From a virus, in the IMG/VR virus record IMGVR_UViG_3300025327_000011: a stretch of DNA of 32,329 bases; one strand, written 5' to 3'. Both the position numbers and the translations under genes were made by a program. Below the pieces are notes generated by a model, which had not been told where the DNA came from, did not search any database, and saw only the letters and a list, made by a program, of their open reading frames with translations. Below are positions 30,701-32,329 of this stretch, in pieces (the first letter of the stretch is position 1; each line of letters starts with the position of its first letter).

Positions 30701-32329
30701 TTGCAGTTCCACCGGTTGTGATATTACTTCCTGGTTGTACAAATACTCTATTCGCATTTATTTGAGCGTTTGTAATTAATGATAATTCTGTTGCGCCTGA
30801 ATACAATGTTCCACCACCAACGGTTGTAGCTGTAACAGTTGTGGCTGATAAACTTGGAGCTAATATATTACCTGTGAATGTTGCTCCACTTAGATTTGCT
30901 TTAGTTAAAAGCTGAGCTGAATGAGTACCGGCAAGTGCTGCTGAACCGAATAATAAACTTACGTCTGTACTTGCTGAAAAAATTGTAGCTCCTGAAACAG
31001 TTGTAGCACTAAAAGAAGGAGCGTTAACTGTACCTCTGATACTTAAATTTTTAGGAAAAAATTGACTTGGATTCAATACGTCAATTCCATTACTAACACT
31101 TACATTGTCAATTATAACACCTGCCGGCGCATATATAGACGCTCTAACATATAAAGGTGATTGTGTTACACTTGTATTAGCACTACCATCATATAATGTT
31201 GTCCAAGTATCGCCACTATTATTACTTAAGTAATATTTAGCTCCATAATTTTCATTTGTTACTATTTTAAGTCTGTAAGTTATACCAGCTGTATATACAT
31301 AAGAAGTTGTAAATACTGAAACAGCATTTTCATATATTGCAATACCACCACCATTATAAAAATAAATAGCGTGTGGCATATTGGTATAATTCATAGTTGT
31401 CGTACTAGCCCATCCATACATCGCGTAACTTGTTGCATTTGGATTAATAACATCCATCATTAATGTAAGTGTGTTTGTTCTATCATAAGCTTGGGTACTT
31501 GTAATACCATGTGATGTCCAATTACTAATTCCAGATATTGATAAATCATTATTTTGTGTGACTACGCCAGTAGCAGTCCAATTTGAAGTGTTAAAAACAG
31601 TCCCATCAAATGTATCTGTAAATTGAACAAAATCTCCATTATTTGAGTTTGCTCCAACTGTTAATGCTCCAGAAGTGTAATTATTATTAATTATAGCAGT
31701 AGTTGCACTTATTGTTGTGGCACTTAAAATAGGAGTGTTAACTTGACCTGTGAATGTAGCTCCTGATAGATTTGCTTTAGTTAAAAGCTGAGCTGAATGG
31801 GTTCCTACAAGTGCTGCTGAACCGAATAATAAACTAACATTTGAAGCACCCGAATATAGAGTGTTTCCAGAAAGAATAGTTCCAAACACTGTACTTCCGG
31901 CTATGTTTCCACCGGTAACTGTACCAGTAAATGTTGCTCCACTAAGATTTGCCTTTGTCGCAAGTTGTGAATTGATTAAAGTTATGTTCGCTGGCGTTGC
32001 AAATAAAGTTGATACATCTGTTGAGCCTGAATATAAAGTGTTTCCAGAAAGAATAGTTCCAAATACCGTGCTTCCAGCTATGTTTCCGCCTGTAACAGTG
32101 CCGGTAAATGTGGCTCCGGAAAGGTTGGCTTTGGTTGCGAGTTGTGAATTAATTAAAGTTATGTTCGCTGGTGTTGCAAATAAAGTTGATACATTTGAAG
32201 CACCCGAGTATAGAGTATTTCCAGAAATAGTGGTTCCAAAAATCGTTGTACCAACAATGGTTCCGCCGTTAACAGTGCCGGTAAAGGTAGCACCGGAGAG
32301 GTTGGCTTTTGTTGCAAGTTGTGAATTAA
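27720..32329 (-). CDS. Giant tail-fibre / receptor-binding protein, C-terminal portion (stop at 27720..27722). It is the same ORF as 1..5360. The combined ORF is 9843 nt, or 3280 aa, on the 32202-bp circle.
   Basis: The track ORF 27720..31889 begins at an internal GTG. I translated 31890..32102 in the same phase with no stop (…NTLYSGSTDVSTLFATPANITLINSQLATKANLSGATFTGTVTGGNIAGSTV). The product has fibre-like repeats: KANLSGATFTG motifs, 11 copies of G(N/S/Y)VGIGT..P..KL.V.G, and VQPGSNITTGGTAN. Confidence 0.85.
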   Translation of the reverse strand, partial: NSQLATKANLSGATFTGTVNGGTIVGTTIFGTTISGNTLYSGASNVSTLFATPANITLINSQLATKANLSGATFTGTVTGGNIAGSTVFGTILSGNTLYSGSTDVSTLFATPANITLINSQLATKANLSGATFTGTVTGGNIAGSTVFGTILSGNTLYSGASNVSLLFGSAALVGTHSAQLLTKANLSGATFTGQVNTPILSATTISATTAIINNNYTSGALTVGANSNNGDFVQFTDTFDGTVFNTSNWTATGVVTQNNDLSISGISNWTSHGITSTQAYDRTNTLTLMMDVINPNATSYAMYGWASTTTMNYTNMPHAIYFYNGGGIAIYENAVSVFTTSYVYTAGITYRLKIVTNENYGAKYYLSNNSGDTWTTLYDGSANTSVTQSPLYVRASIYAPAGVIIDNVSVSNGIDVLNPSQFFPKNLSIRGTVNAPSFSATTVSGATIFSASTDVSLLFGSAALAGTHSAQLLTKANLSGATFTGNILAPSLSATTVTATTVGGGTLYSGATELSLITNAQINANRVFVQPGSNITTGGTANSPIINVATSPSFNALTLSGILTTSSYISLPNYSQVDFKNTAGTVGYGEIFVDNATGTYAGPNGMVFYLNGATRIAILSGGSVGIGTASPSQKLEVNGSAIANTFSAVTISASTSVTSPLVIGGTSTTQALTFKPTTGVAGAGADIIFKGGTDGGTEFMRISGQTGYVGIGTATPSSKLEVKDGIFQLSDSDLAHGMTAITPTNVYGYMGPISSTLGGLNVVGISSGDTKALNIYAIIGSSNPTDTTPAATIIGGKANGTAWQALSPSETLLQIKNFTTNLVTVLGGGNVGIGTVTPGYKLDVQSSTVSVQANIGSAVQSSYTELIFTASGGTSEIFKNGSGNVGYGGVSSLNFYHSAAKPFAFFHTSTELMRIHTNGYVGIGTATPADRLVVKGSGTGSVLIDSWSSNTAYGVISLNGLNGLGSNFYSAPGKSLYINRQTGLNIHFRENNVDQMILSTGGNVGIGISPTNPLHISKDEVSYLLDGIKIDRKTTTAFSLINTSQGVSNFIAGDSGTYGYTYFQRTNGTTTAPSMVILPSGNVGVGIPNPVTLLEITGSSTNSSLKVGSIELQGYAVSDVMISDNIYYNGGWKYRANGYGNVIEMANGNFYFYTAPSGATGAATLSTRMFISLAGNVGIGTTTPLLKTHIKGTASYPSSSGQIANGLFVLDGSQDEVMTMGVGNASPYGSWIQAQNLTNSNTTRPLSLNPNGGNVGIGTTSPSQKLEISGSAIANTFSAVTMSASTSLITPQIYGSNAANGVITIDGTSNATKTTSYVNLQPTGGNVGIGITTPTSILHIKGTDVNQFQISSNTGGANVATFLNLESATNTGSAYWDINRKTVDGIFGSTVATHSRITMQSSTGSGYISFRTSNTDNTLAPEVMRIAGTGSVGIGTTTPSQLLQVGSSASTANQYIRIDAANGYQSALEFTNAATQKWVIYRPASSNDLNIYNPTVGTVMAFSQTTGSIGIGTTSFVTNAKLSIKNGHIQSQQD
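31740..32329 (-). repeat. Coding tandem repeat array with a 177-bp (59-aa) period. It continues at 1..370 across the junction, about 5 units in total.
   Basis: The motif cc(g/t)gt(a/g)aa(t/g)gt(a/g)gc.cc...(a/g)(g/a)(g/a)tt(t/g)gc, encoding ANLSGATFTG on the minus strand, starts near 31747, 31924, 32101, 32278 (equivalent to 76) and 253. Spacing is exactly 177 bp. Confidence 0.85.
32203..32329. repeat. Second copy of the 127-bp terminal overlap (identical to 1..127).
   Basis: Same comparison as above. The minus-strand reading frame is preserved across the junction: codon phase at 32327 equals phase at 125, and 5360-125 is divisible by 3. Confidence 0.95.

Noticed and set aside
27720-32329. 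I considered a diversity-generating retroelement targeting the repetitive fibre gene.
   Set aside because: No reverse transcriptase ORF exists anywhere in the genome. No template/variable repeat pair with adenine-specific mismatches was seen, and the repeat differences are not A-biased by eye.
1-32329. I looked for a lysogeny module (integrase, excisionase, attP).
   Set aside because: No ORF has recognisable tyrosine or serine recombinase motifs. The small HTH and RHH proteins alone do not establish temperate behaviour.

Overview
The window appears to be a complete, circularly permuted tailed dsDNA phage genome of about 32.2 kb. The first 127 bp (1..127) are identical to the last 127 bp (32203..32329), which looks like an assembler overlap, so the unique length is 32202 bp. 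The sequence is AT-rich, start codons lack Shine-Dalgarno sequences, and several promoters carry TAnnTTTG -7 boxes. These point to a Bacteroidota host (inference).

Almost all genes are tightly packed on the minus strand. In transcription order they are:
- an early/middle block: Rep-like initiator, sigma-70 family factor, PD-(D/E)xK-like protein, second sigma-region-4-like protein, membrane protein
- terS, then a 690-bp repeat-rich non-coding island, then terL
- a gene with a U9 slippery run and an open -1 frame extension
- structural genes
- one giant fibre ORF of 9843 nt (3280 aa) that runs off the left edge and re-enters in frame at the right edge, about 30 percent of the genome
- a protein of three repeated domains
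- a coiled-coil tape-measure-like protein
- XkdF-like protease, scaffold, major capsid protein, putative tube protein, portal, connector, holin and M15 endolysin

The plus strand carries a short early cluster (HTH, RHH and small proteins) and two isolated lipoprotein morons, each with its own host-type -7 box. No integrase, DNA polymerase, helicase, tRNA or CRISPR array was seen.

The most interesting unexplained features are:
- the decamer GTAAAATCCT, with 12 exact copies by eye, 8 of them inside the terS-terL non-coding island, including a perfect 20-bp palindrome
- the same decamer sitting exactly 19 nt upstream of a -7 box at two promoters, in a genome that encodes two sigma-like proteins
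- the candidate -1 programmed frameshift
- the modular giant fibre gene with in-frame near-identical repeats

All functional calls come from motif recognition by eye. No database search was run.
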